64,000 nucleotides of DNA. Source: a virus. Below the pieces are notes generated by a model. That model was not told where the DNA came from. It saw only the letters and a program-made list of their open reading frames with translations, and did no database searches. Position 1 is the first letter of the stretch. The number at the start of each line of letters is the position of its first letter. The position numbers and the translations under genes were made by a program. Below, one piece after another: positions 55,488-63,800 of this stretch. The stretch lies in the IMG/VR virus record IMGVR_UViG_3300021197_001898. One strand, 5' to 3'.

Positions 55488-56088
55488 TGTTTTTCTCTAT
55501 TCGATTAACATCGTCAATGGTGTGTACGTCTTCTACATCACAAATAAAGGCGCCCGTTTTAGTGCTAAGCTCTCTCTGATATACATACCAGTTTTTCATT
55601 ATCCGAAAGGCTGCGTTCATCATCAGACCACGGTCGACACTGATAAGTTCGTTTCTTTCGTTGATGATGAACGATTCTATTGCGTTATCTAAAATCTTTC
55701 CCGTCATCTCAGGTGAGTTAGCCTGTAGAGAGACGACCACTTCTGGCTTGTAATAGTTTCTCTCTATAAAACTGGTAGCTTCTCTAATTGCTGCCATCTT
55801 ATATACATGGTCTTCTGACAACTTTGGGTCCCGCTTGTGGACTCTTGCGCCGGCTTCGAGAGCTACTCTCTCTATCTCTTCGTCTTCTGTTGTGACCCAC
55901 ACGTCAGTGATGTGCGAGCTTTCTTTTGCTGCCTTAACTGCCCAATAGAGCATTGGTTTTCCCCAGATAGGATATATGTTTTTTCTTTTTAATCTTTTCG
56001 ACCCGCCGCGTGCGGGGATGATAGCTACTATTTTTGGCGTCTTGGCGTCGATTAAGTCGGCTAAGCCTGTCATAAGTCCTTCAATCAT
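55471..56088 (-). CDS. neuA: Acylneuraminate (CMP-nonulosonate) cytidylyltransferase
   Basis: AIIPARGGSKRLKRKNI P-loop, VTTEDEEI, LQANSP and DVHTIDD. Confidence 0.9.
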   Translation of the reverse strand: MIEGLMTGLADLIDAKTPKIVAIIPARGGSKRLKRKNIYPIWGKPMLYWAVKAAKESSHITDVWVTTEDEEIERVALEAGARVHKRDPKLSEDHVYKMAAIREATSFIERNYYKPEVVVSLQANSPEMTGKILDNAIESFIINERNELISVDRGLMMNAAFRIMKNWYVYQRELSTKTGAFICDVEDVHTIDDVNRIEKNSVRSP

Positions 56089-57104
56089 GGTTGGTATAAT
56101 AACATATCAAGTATTGTTTTGCAAGAACCTTTGTAATCAAAAAGGTGTTTTTGTCTTGCCTCTTTGAACTCTGAAGACAAGTCTGCTGTTGTCAAGTGTC
56201 CTATTGCTGCTATCATCTGTGGAACAGTGAAACTCTTTGGCATATCTACACAGTAATTATAATTATATAAGTAATCGTGAGTCACCCTGAATTGCTTCTT
56301 GTTTCCGTTTCTAAACTCGGGCTTGATATCGAAATTTATCAGTGGAACATCTTGCATAACACACTCTTCTATTGTTGTCGATCCAAAGTTAATAACTAAA
56401 TCACTCACCTCCAAAAGCTCCTGCGTCGTGTGTGGGTGCCAAGACGTGTCTTCAAAGTAGAAATTACCAGTATCTTTCAACTTCTGCTGTGCCTCGTTTG
56501 TTAGTGGATCTTTCCCTCTCGTCTTTATGATTATGGTGTACCCTTGACTCTCTAATGCTAGAAAAATCTTTTCCATATCGACTTGACCCTCGTCTCTACG
56601 CTTGGGCCAAACGATTAATGCGTTCTTACTATCTCTGGGGATTGAGTACTTCTCTAATATTCTTTCTTTGTCAAGATCAATGTCATATTTAGAGATCCCT
56701 AAAAACAGGTTCTTCTCAGTTGTTAGTCCATAATATTCTGCACAAAACTTACTAGGCATCAGAACGTGGTCTACGTGATCAACATACAGGTGGTAACTTT
56801 CAATAAAGTCTGTTTGGTACGTTGCAACAATTTTCTTTGTGTTTTTTGCCTCTTTTACGATGTTTATTCCAGTCTTTTCACTGGAGAACAAAAGACCACA
56901 AGAGCTTTTTACTGCAGAGAGCGGCAAGATATTGATATTGTGACTTTGCGCCAAGTCTCTAAGGACAGCCTCATGACGCATAGGGCAGTTGTACTTGTGA
57001 GATGGGCCAATATAGAATGTAGATTGTATCTTGCGTCTGTTTCCTTCAATCACCAGTGGCATCCAATATCTTAGGTGCGTCATTTCCATCAACAAAAAAT
57101 TCAT
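56085..57104 (-). CDS. GT-B-fold surface carbohydrate biosynthesis protein (candidate ulosonyl/phosphotransferase)
   Basis: C-terminal IIIKTRG...LLEVSDLVINFGSTTIEECVMQDVPLINF resembles the GT-B nucleotide-binding tail; coupled to neuA by an ATGA-type overlap. Confidence 0.55.
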   Translation of the reverse strand: MNFLLMEMTHLRYWMPLVIEGNRRKIQSTFYIGPSHKYNCPMRHEAVLRDLAQSHNINILPLSAVKSSCGLLFSSEKTGINIVKEAKNTKKIVATYQTDFIESYHLYVDHVDHVLMPSKFCAEYYGLTTEKNLFLGISKYDIDLDKERILEKYSIPRDSKNALIVWPKRRDEGQVDMEKIFLALESQGYTIIIKTRGKDPLTNEAQQKLKDTGNFYFEDTSWHPHTTQELLEVSDLVINFGSTTIEECVMQDVPLINFDIKPEFRNGNKKQFRVTHDYLYNYNYCVDMPKSFTVPQMIAAIGHLTTADLSSEFKEARQKHLFDYKGSCKTILDMLLYQP

Positions 57105-57727
57105 ACTTTAGTTATCTCCGTTAACATATAGTATCTTCCCTTGACCGGATCTTTCGTCACTTTTAGATCTTTCAGCTTTAGCCCTGCCTCTGCTAGCATA
57201 TCCGTTGTCAATAAATGGTCAATGTCCGGGACCTCGTAATCAACAACTTCTTCGGGTAGAATATCTGCAAGATGTGGTATCAAGTTTTTACTACCAATCT
57301 TCCAAGCCTGGCGCTTCTCTCCTCCGCCCAGATCAAATAGGTTGCCTGAGCTGAAGTCGAATACAACTTTTTTATTTTTCTCTACTGCGTACTTTAGATT
57401 AGCAACAAGGCCTGAAGAGGACTGAATAAGGTATGTGATCCTAAGTCCCAACACGAGATCGTAACCCTCCACTTGGCCTTCCCAGCTTTTGTGAGCGTCC
57501 CATTGGTTTTTCTCCGGAGGGTGATTGTCATTCTCTATATCGTAAAAGTGATGCTCTAGATCTTTTATTTTTATGTGTTTTTCAATCGCCAGGAGCATAT
57601 CAGAATACTTACCTCTCTGTTGTTGGCCAAGCCAAGCTATTTTACCTCCTGGTTTTAGATTATTGTTTACATACTCTCCAACCCATTGTCCATATCTTGG
57701 GATTATGAAGTGGTCGGTCATACCCAT
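57101..57727 (-). CDS. Hypothetical protein, methyltransferase-like fold (start corrected to ATG 57727)
   Basis: A TAATG overlap gives MGMTDHF.... KIAWLGQ, HFYDI and YDLVLGLR loosely match class I SAM-MTase strands. Confidence 0.45.
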   Translation of the reverse strand: MGMTDHFIIPRYGQWVGEYVNNNLKPGGKIAWLGQQQRGKYSDMLLAIEKHIKIKDLEHHFYDIENDNHPPEKNQWDAHKSWEGQVEGYDLVLGLRITYLIQSSSGLVANLKYAVEKNKKVVFDFSSGNLFDLGGGEKRQAWKIGSKNLIPHLADILPEEVVDYEVPDIDHLLTTDMLAEAGLKLKDLKVTKDPVKGRYYMLTEITKV

Positions 57728-58434
57728 TATAGATCCTCCATAAAAACGAACTCTATATTGTCCTTGTCGTTGTCCAGCATCTCTATCAATTCTTGAGTGT
57801 GTGTCCAGCTCATATAGTTTCTGTCCCACTCACAGGCGTGGTACACGATGCCGCAGCTCTCCTTGAGTTCAAGAGGCCGGAATGGTGGAAAGATAGTCGA
57901 ATAATTCGATTTATATTCCTTGTCTTTACCCTGATAGGACTTTATTGCATAATCAATGTCGGTTACTGCAAACAACTCAAAGCCCTCGTCGTTAAGCGCC
58001 TCCCAAGCTTGTGGACCCATCCGCCAAGCTGGTGGTCTAAATATTGGTTTGAACACGTCTTGCAGGCCTGCCTTTGCCACTTGACTTTTCATAGACTTGA
58101 TTCTTTTAATTGCCTCATCGTACTCTATATCCAAAAATTCATTATTGTCATTTTCTCCCGGTATACCATGATAATATCCGTGATAACAAACCTCGAAGTT
58201 GTCTGGAGACAAGTTCTTCAGGACATCACAGAAGCCAGGGTACTTCCAGATGACAAGTGGCTCTGGTGTTGCCACTCCTAGCCTCTGAGTTCTCCAATAT
58301 GCGATAGGTACAAAAAGGCTTATTTTAATGTCCGGGAAGGCCTCTATAAGCTCCGTACAGCGGTCTAAAACCTTTACAGATGCCTTAGGGTGGGGTGAAA
58401 CGTCATCAATACTTATGTTTACTCTGTACTTCAA
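57727..58434 (-). CDS. Polysaccharide deacetylase-like protein (CE4/DUF2334-type)
   Basis: ISIDDV, SLFVP, EVCYHGYYH and FRPPAW motifs. Confidence 0.75.
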   Translation of the reverse strand: MKYRVNISIDDVSPHPKASVKVLDRCTELIEAFPDIKISLFVPIAYWRTQRLGVATPEPLVIWKYPGFCDVLKNLSPDNFEVCYHGYYHGIPGENDNNEFLDIEYDEAIKRIKSMKSQVAKAGLQDVFKPIFRPPAWRMGPQAWEALNDEGFELFAVTDIDYAIKSYQGKDKEYKSNYSTIFPPFRPLELKESCGIVYHACEWDRNYMSWTHTQELIEMLDNDKDNIEFVFMEDL

Positions 58435-59354
58435 ACCTTAAGTCCCCACAAAAAGTTTTTCATCAGTAGATCATATTCTGATCTATCTTTGTCTTGCAAG
58501 TATGCCTCTTCGGAAAAATAGCTAATCAACTCTTGTCCAAAGATATCCTCAAATCTTTTTGATATTGTCTTTGCGTCAGAGTTTTCTTTCCACTTGTTTA
58601 AGAAAGATGGATCTTCCTTTCTTATATAGTTATATTCTCCAGGCCCTAAGATAAAGCCATGTCGCTGGCAATACAGGACATCCTCTTTCCTCCCTTCCCT
58701 GATCGACGAAGACTTTCTCTCTATTTTTTCAGAGCCACAAACATTACATTCATCTAGCACAGCCAGATCACTCGAACTCACAACAGGAACGTCCAAGCAC
58801 TTAAACACTCTTGCCAGCTCTCCGTCGACATCGTTGAAGAAGTGTTCAAAGCTTATTATATTATCCCTCTTGGGGTCAAAGTTTTGAGCAAGCTCGTAAA
58901 GAGAAGACATAAAAGTTGCCTTAAACCACTCAAATACTTCTTCGTCTGTTACATTTCTGCCGTATCTTCTATCTCCATACTCTTTCCATTTCTTGATCCA
59001 AGTATAGTAAAATGAAACAGGGTTTCTAAAAATATAAAGTACCGGGATATCCGGATGAAACGTACGATGATAGTTTATCATTTTGAGTGGAGGCTTGTTC
59101 ATTATAAGCCACTCAACACTGGAGTCTAAATCCTTCTTTGGTAATAGTTGCTCTGTGTATAGCTGTCCAGATGGAAAGCTACTCTGCACTGCTAAATAGT
59201 GCTTAAAGTCACCCTTTGTGGTGCCCCCTTGACTTCGAAAAGAACTCTCTTTGAGGGTAACTAGCGCGGGGTGTCCTTGCAATTTGTGAAGGACAAAATG
59301 AGAACCGATGCCGCCGCTAGCTGTTATTAATGCTGCTATCTTTGGTTTTTTCAA
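58431..59354 (-). CDS. Divergent sulfotransferase-like protein with zinc-ribbon insertion
   Basis: ITASGGIGSHFV loop, IFRNPVSFY (RNP..S-like) and ISFEHF; internal CNVC...CQRH. Confidence 0.55.
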   Translation of the reverse strand: MKKPKIAALITASGGIGSHFVLHKLQGHPALVTLKESSFRSQGGTTKGDFKHYLAVQSSFPSGQLYTEQLLPKKDLDSSVEWLIMNKPPLKMINYHRTFHPDIPVLYIFRNPVSFYYTWIKKWKEYGDRRYGRNVTDEEVFEWFKATFMSSLYELAQNFDPKRDNIISFEHFFNDVDGELARVFKCLDVPVVSSSDLAVLDECNVCGSEKIERKSSSIREGRKEDVLYCQRHGFILGPGEYNYIRKEDPSFLNKWKENSDAKTISKRFEDIFGQELISYFSEEAYLQDKDRSEYDLLMKNFLWGLKV

Positions 59355-60264
59355 GACAAACCTCCTCTATAATCTCAATATATTCTTTAACAATGTCATC
59401 ATTGTCGATTATGTACTTAAACAATTTTTCTTTGTAACTTCTGTAATGATAAATGACTCTGCGAATGTTTTTAAGCATATCTTCAAACGAAGAGTACTCT
59501 TCTCCATATTTGTGACAATAGTTGTTAATACTGCCACCATCCTTGTGATACACGACCGGAAGACCAGCAGCCAAAGCCTCCAGTACGTGATTGGCGCCGG
59601 CTTCTTCAATCGATGCCGTGATATAAATATCGTTTTTTTGCAATTCTTTGGCGACCAATTGAGAACCCATTGGAGGCTTGTAATTGGTTAGCTTAATATC
59701 TTCAGGAAGTCTTCCGACATATGTAAACTCAAATTCTCCAGTTTCTTGGATATGCTCGTCTAGCTGTTTATACAGGTGAAATCCCTTTTTCGGATTTGTC
59801 GACCAGTGGTGAGTTATCAGTTTTGGCTTGCCTGTTATTATTGATTCCACATTTTTGTGTAGATGAAACACGTCCATTGGAGCATTGTGGATAACTCGAC
59901 AGTTTTCTCCAGCAAACCCTATCCACTCTTTTGCCCACTCACTCGGAAAGATAAAATAATCTGAAAGGTTTAATGTTTGCTTTACCAACCTTGTAAGCTC
60001 TGGCTTGCTGTGGGTTCCTAAATCTCCGACTCTCTGTATTATCTTGCACTCTGGGAAGCTCGACTTGTAATTCAAAAAGTTCTGATACCACTCTCCGATG
60101 TCATTCGGCCTAGGGTCAATGCAGAAAATTATATCGATTCCAGGCTGGAGGTCGAAAACCACTTCATGATCCTCATCTTCAAGCTTATCTACTAGCTTGT
60201 TGACGGTTTTTATTCCTCCACCCCAAGGACCAGTCTTTGGTTTGCGGTTCAGGTATATTTTCAT
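59317..60264 (-). CDS. Glycosyltransferase family 4 (GT-B)
   Basis: GPWGGG N-terminal loop, IFPSEW, IYITASIEEAGANHVLEALAAGLPVV (Ex7E motif). Confidence 0.88.
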   Translation of the reverse strand: MKIYLNRKPKTGPWGGGIKTVNKLVDKLEDEDHEVVFDLQPGIDIIFCIDPRPNDIGEWYQNFLNYKSSFPECKIIQRVGDLGTHSKPELTRLVKQTLNLSDYFIFPSEWAKEWIGFAGENCRVIHNAPMDVFHLHKNVESIITGKPKLITHHWSTNPKKGFHLYKQLDEHIQETGEFEFTYVGRLPEDIKLTNYKPPMGSQLVAKELQKNDIYITASIEEAGANHVLEALAAGLPVVYHKDGGSINNYCHKYGEEYSSFEDMLKNIRRVIYHYRSYKEKLFKYIIDNDDIVKEYIEIIEEVCLEKTKDSSINNS

Positions 60265-61202
60265 ATTTCGATGCCGACTATATCCGGAGAGTCTTTTAGC
60301 TTGATCCAGTGCCCCTTTTCATCAATCGGCAAAGTCCACTCAATCGCTTCAGTGATGTCCTCAATCGGCATTGGATAAGGCTGATCCATATGCTCTTCGA
60401 CCAAAGGCTCAAAGTCATGAATCTTGTAATAGCACACCCCTGTATCGTCTCCCGGTGGAGCCCAGTAGTCTCCAAACCTCTGTCTTCCACGCACTCTTGC
60501 GTTTCCACCTTTGTCGTTAAAGATGCCGACAGACACAGGGATAACAGGCGAAGCATAGAATATAGTCATATTCTTCGACTTGACTAGTTCTGCAACTCTC
60601 TTTAGCATTTTAGTTTCAGAGTCTCCTCCACCTTCGTGAGAATCATTAACGATTTCCCAAGGATAAATTGTATCAAGCATCTCTTTTGTAACCATACAAT
60701 TCATAGCTCCCATAACAGGGTTCCGGTTAAAGTGATATAAGAACTTAAAATCACCATCTCCCAAGAGGTTGGAGTACCTTCCCATAGAGTTTCTTATTCT
60801 CCTTTGTGCATCAAATGAAATACAACCGGTAGTGTCTTCGTACTTCTGAAAGAACTCGACGTACTCCTGAAGCCACCCACCTTTTACAACGAACTGAACA
60901 TCTGCTGGAATTGGTGCCACATATTCACCTGTGGAGTTCTCTGCAATAAGGTTTAGTGCTTTCGCATATTCGTTTGCTGGATCTCTCTCCTTTTGGACGA
61001 ATACCTTGAATCCTCTGTCTTTCAGGCTTTCTAAATATTCATCTGTACCATCCTCTGTTGATGCATTATCAACAACGATGATCTCTTTATTATCATAATC
61101 TTCAGTGCATTGCAAAAAAGACTCGACGCAACTCTTGAGGTAGTGTAGCCTATTGCAATTGACAAACGCAAATGTCACCTTTGGTAATTCACTCACTATC
61201 AT
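60261..61202 (-). CDS. Glycosyltransferase family 2
   Basis: VTFAFVNCNR..YLKSCVES, IIVVDNASTED and N..GEYVAPIPADVQF. Confidence 0.82.
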   Translation of the reverse strand: MIVSELPKVTFAFVNCNRLHYLKSCVESFLQCTEDYDNKEIIVVDNASTEDGTDEYLESLKDRGFKVFVQKERDPANEYAKALNLIAENSTGEYVAPIPADVQFVVKGGWLQEYVEFFQKYEDTTGCISFDAQRRIRNSMGRYSNLLGDGDFKFLYHFNRNPVMGAMNCMVTKEMLDTIYPWEIVNDSHEGGGDSETKMLKRVAELVKSKNMTIFYASPVIPVSVGIFNDKGGNARVRGRQRFGDYWAPPGDDTGVCYYKIHDFEPLVEEHMDQPYPMPIEDITEAIEWTLPIDEKGHWIKLKDSPDIVGIEI

Positions 61203-61241
61203 ACTCCTTTTCTATTTTTTGGTCTATGTGGGTATACGCCA

Positions 61242-62330
61242 TTATACTTCTCCATGTTTGATAAGTCTTTTTACGACATTCGCAATTCTTGGTCCTGATT
61301 TGCCGTCCCAAAGAGTCGGTTTCTTGTGTGTTTTGTTTTTACTCTTTTTGATTGCTTTTATACTTTTCACAATATCCTCTTTTGTATCAACTAACTTGTT
61401 TGTTCCTTCGTGAATAGTTGCCGGCCTTTCTGTGTTCTTCCTCAATGTCAAGCAAGGGATACCCAAAGCAGTTGTTTCCTCCTGGATACCACCAGAGTCA
61501 GTCAAAACAACTAAACTGTTCTTCATCAAAGAAACAAACTCAAAGTACCCGACCGGGTCTACGACTTCCATATTTGGATTGCTTAATACTTCCTCCAACA
61601 ACCCTAAGCGACTTAGACTGTTCCTAGTTCTTGGGTGCATAGGGAATACAATCTTTGTATCGATTGAATCACATATGTCTATTACCTTTTTGAGGCCTTC
61701 CTCTGTGTCAACATTCGAAGGTCGATGTAGGGTCACTAGGACGTATTCATAGTCGTATTTTGCCTCTGGTATTGAGTCTAGCACTCTGTAGAGAGAATCT
61801 ATCATTGTGTTTCCGACCAAAGTCATATTATGAGGGTCATGACCCTCTTCTACCAAATTCTGTATGCCAGAGTGCTCAGTTACAAAATGGAAATCAGAGA
61901 CCCTGTCTACGATCATTCTGTTAATCTCTTCAGGCATTTTGCGATCAAAGCTTCTCAGACCAGATTCGACATGTGCTACTTTTATCCCCATCTTAACTGC
62001 AGCTAGTGTTGCTCCCAATGTAGAGTTTACGTCTCCATACACTATCAGTAAATTAATATTTTTTGTACTAAGATATTTTTCTATCCCAACAACGACATCT
62101 GCAACTTGCTGTCCTTGCATTTTTGAAGACCCAATCTTAAGGTTAATGTCTGGCTTTGGCATCTCCAAAGCAGAAAAGAAAACTCCCGACAAGCTCTTAT
62201 CATAGTGCTGGCCTGTGTGTATTAAAATCTGTTCAGCATCGGGCATCAGTTCCTTAATGCTCCTGATAACTGGAGCGGCCTTTACAAAGTTTGGCCTTGC
62301 TCCAACGACGTGTACAATTTTAGCTTTCAA
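61242..62330 (-). CDS. wecB: UDP-N-acetylglucosamine 2-epimerase (non-hydrolysing type)
   Basis: VVGARPNFVK, HTGQHYD, YGDVNST, HVESGLRS, MPEEINR, TLHRPSN and TDSGGIQEE...RKNTERP. Confidence 0.93.
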   Translation of the reverse strand: MKAKIVHVVGARPNFVKAAPVIRSIKELMPDAEQILIHTGQHYDKSLSGVFFSALEMPKPDINLKIGSSKMQGQQVADVVVGIEKYLSTKNINLLIVYGDVNSTLGATLAAVKMGIKVAHVESGLRSFDRKMPEEINRMIVDRVSDFHFVTEHSGIQNLVEEGHDPHNMTLVGNTMIDSLYRVLDSIPEAKYDYEYVLVTLHRPSNVDTEEGLKKVIDICDSIDTKIVFPMHPRTRNSLSRLGLLEEVLSNPNMEVVDPVGYFEFVSLMKNSLVVLTDSGGIQEETTALGIPCLTLRKNTERPATIHEGTNKLVDTKEDIVKSIKAIKKSKNKTHKKPTLWDGKSGPRIANVVKRLIKHGEV

Positions 62331-63276
62331 TTAGATTTTCTCCTTCTCTCAGTCCAGCTGACAATGCCCATTCATCAGCCCACTGCTCGACGCCGGCAAA
62401 CGAAACCCTCTCCAACCAGGCGCACATAAATCCATCAACCTTTACCAGCATTCCCTTGCCTTTTCTAATTTGGTATATCAAACCGGGTTGGCCATGAATC
62501 TTACACGAATCTATCGAAACTTTCCAAACAAATAACTTACCTAGCTTTGTTTCGAGCCAAGCGCCCGGATACGGATGAGTCAAAGCCCTCACATAGTCGC
62601 TGATCTTTATCGGAGGCCAAGATAAATCTATCTTACCATCTTCTGGCGTTCTTTTATAGTATCTAGTTGCTTTAGCCTTATCTTGTACTTTTAGTTTTTC
62701 TTTATTTTCTGATATCTTTTTTACTGTTCTCTCCAGCATAATTAGTGCTGTTTTATCAACCTTTTGGTATGCTGTCCGGATGTCGTCTCTGGTCTCTATC
62801 GTGAAAGGTTCGAAGTCTATCACTGCTCCAGTGTCTGTCTTTGGCTCCATAACAAAAAGACTGTTACCCCATTCAACTGGTATCCCGTTGCTCTCTATTA
62901 TCTTCCAATTGATTATTGCTGCGCCTCTTCCCTCTGGGAGTGGCGACGGATGTATTCCAATACAATACTTCGATGGAATGTCAAGAATGTGTGGTTTGAA
63001 TATTTGAGACCATCCGCACTGGACGATGACTTCTGGATTCTTTGATTTTATCCATTTTGTCGTTTGTGCATTATTGATGTCTTTTGTTAAGAATGGGTCA
63101 CATATATCTGCCAAAGAATCATAATTTGATTTTGTTAAACCCTTGTCCGGATGCAAGCTCACAACCCCAACAAGATTTGAGGTTTTCTTTAAAAGGTTTA
63201 CAACTTTTCTTGCTAAGGGAGTGCACCCAACAACGAGTGTCTTTAGGTTTGTGACGTGAGGATCTTGTTCGCCCAT
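62320..63276 (-). CDS. Formyltransferase, FMT/ArnA N-terminal-like (two-domain)
   Basis: VQCGWSQI, IGIHPSPLPEGRGAAIINW, DTGAVI, and the FMT C-terminal domain (DGKIDLSW...VRALTHPYPGAW). Confidence 0.88.
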   Translation of the reverse strand: MGEQDPHVTNLKTLVVGCTPLARKVVNLLKKTSNLVGVVSLHPDKGLTKSNYDSLADICDPFLTKDINNAQTTKWIKSKNPEVIVQCGWSQIFKPHILDIPSKYCIGIHPSPLPEGRGAAIINWKIIESNGIPVEWGNSLFVMEPKTDTGAVIDFEPFTIETRDDIRTAYQKVDKTALIMLERTVKKISENKEKLKVQDKAKATRYYKRTPEDGKIDLSWPPIKISDYVRALTHPYPGAWLETKLGKLFVWKVSIDSCKIHGQPGLIYQIRKGKGMLVKVDGFMCAWLERVSFAGVEQWADEWALSAGLREGENLIES

Positions 63277-63800
63277 CTATTTGCTATCTCCTTATGGCCG
63301 GCGTTCGTAAAGTGAACACCGTCAACATAATGCTTTTCGACACCAGACATATCACACACGTCTAGGCCGAGTTCATTAGATAGCTTCATTATAACAGAGT
63401 TATATGAATTAATCAAGTAAGAATTCTTGTAATAAAGGGGAGTCATGCCAAGCTTCGGGAGGGTGGATATGATAATGTGCATTCCATTAATCTTACATAT
63501 GTCAATTATTTGACGTAAGTTATCTTCATATACCTCCGGAGGTATTGCTTTTTGGGTATCGTTTGTGCCGATCATAATGAATGCAATGTTTGCGACCTTG
63601 TGAGCAGAGGCCGCTCTCCAAGTTCTCTTAAGGAGGTCTACGCTTGTTTCACCACTTATGCCGTGATTGTGACAAATGTAAACCTCTCCAGTCTTTTCCT
63701 TCATTATCTTCGACAACTCAATAGTGGGAGACCTAGCGTATTCGTCTCTGGCTCCATAAGTAATGGAGTCTCCCAAACAAAGTATTTCATTCCAAATCAT
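63243..63800 (-). CDS. SGNH/GDSL hydrolase (O-acetylesterase/acetyltransferase-like)
   Basis: LGDSIT (block I), HGISGETS (II), IGTND (III) and DGVHF (V). Confidence 0.88.
   Translation of the reverse strand: MIWNEILCLGDSITYGARDEYARSPTIELSKIMKEKTGEVYICHNHGISGETSVDLLKRTWRAASAHKVANIAFIMIGTNDTQKAIPPEVYEDNLRQIIDICKINGMHIIISTLPKLGMTPLYYKNSYLINSYNSVIMKLSNELGLDVCDMSGVEKHYVDGVHFTNAGHKEIANRWANKILTSQT

Noticed and set aside
57727-57829. N-terminal extension of ORF 57101..57829
   Set aside because: It overlaps the upstream deacetylase by about 100 nt; a TAATG junction at 57727 gives a coupled start.
61241-61269. Second sigma70 promoter upstream of the GT2 gene
   Set aside because: TATAAT is present, but the -35 position reads AAGACT (3/6 match) with no extended -10; too weak to call.
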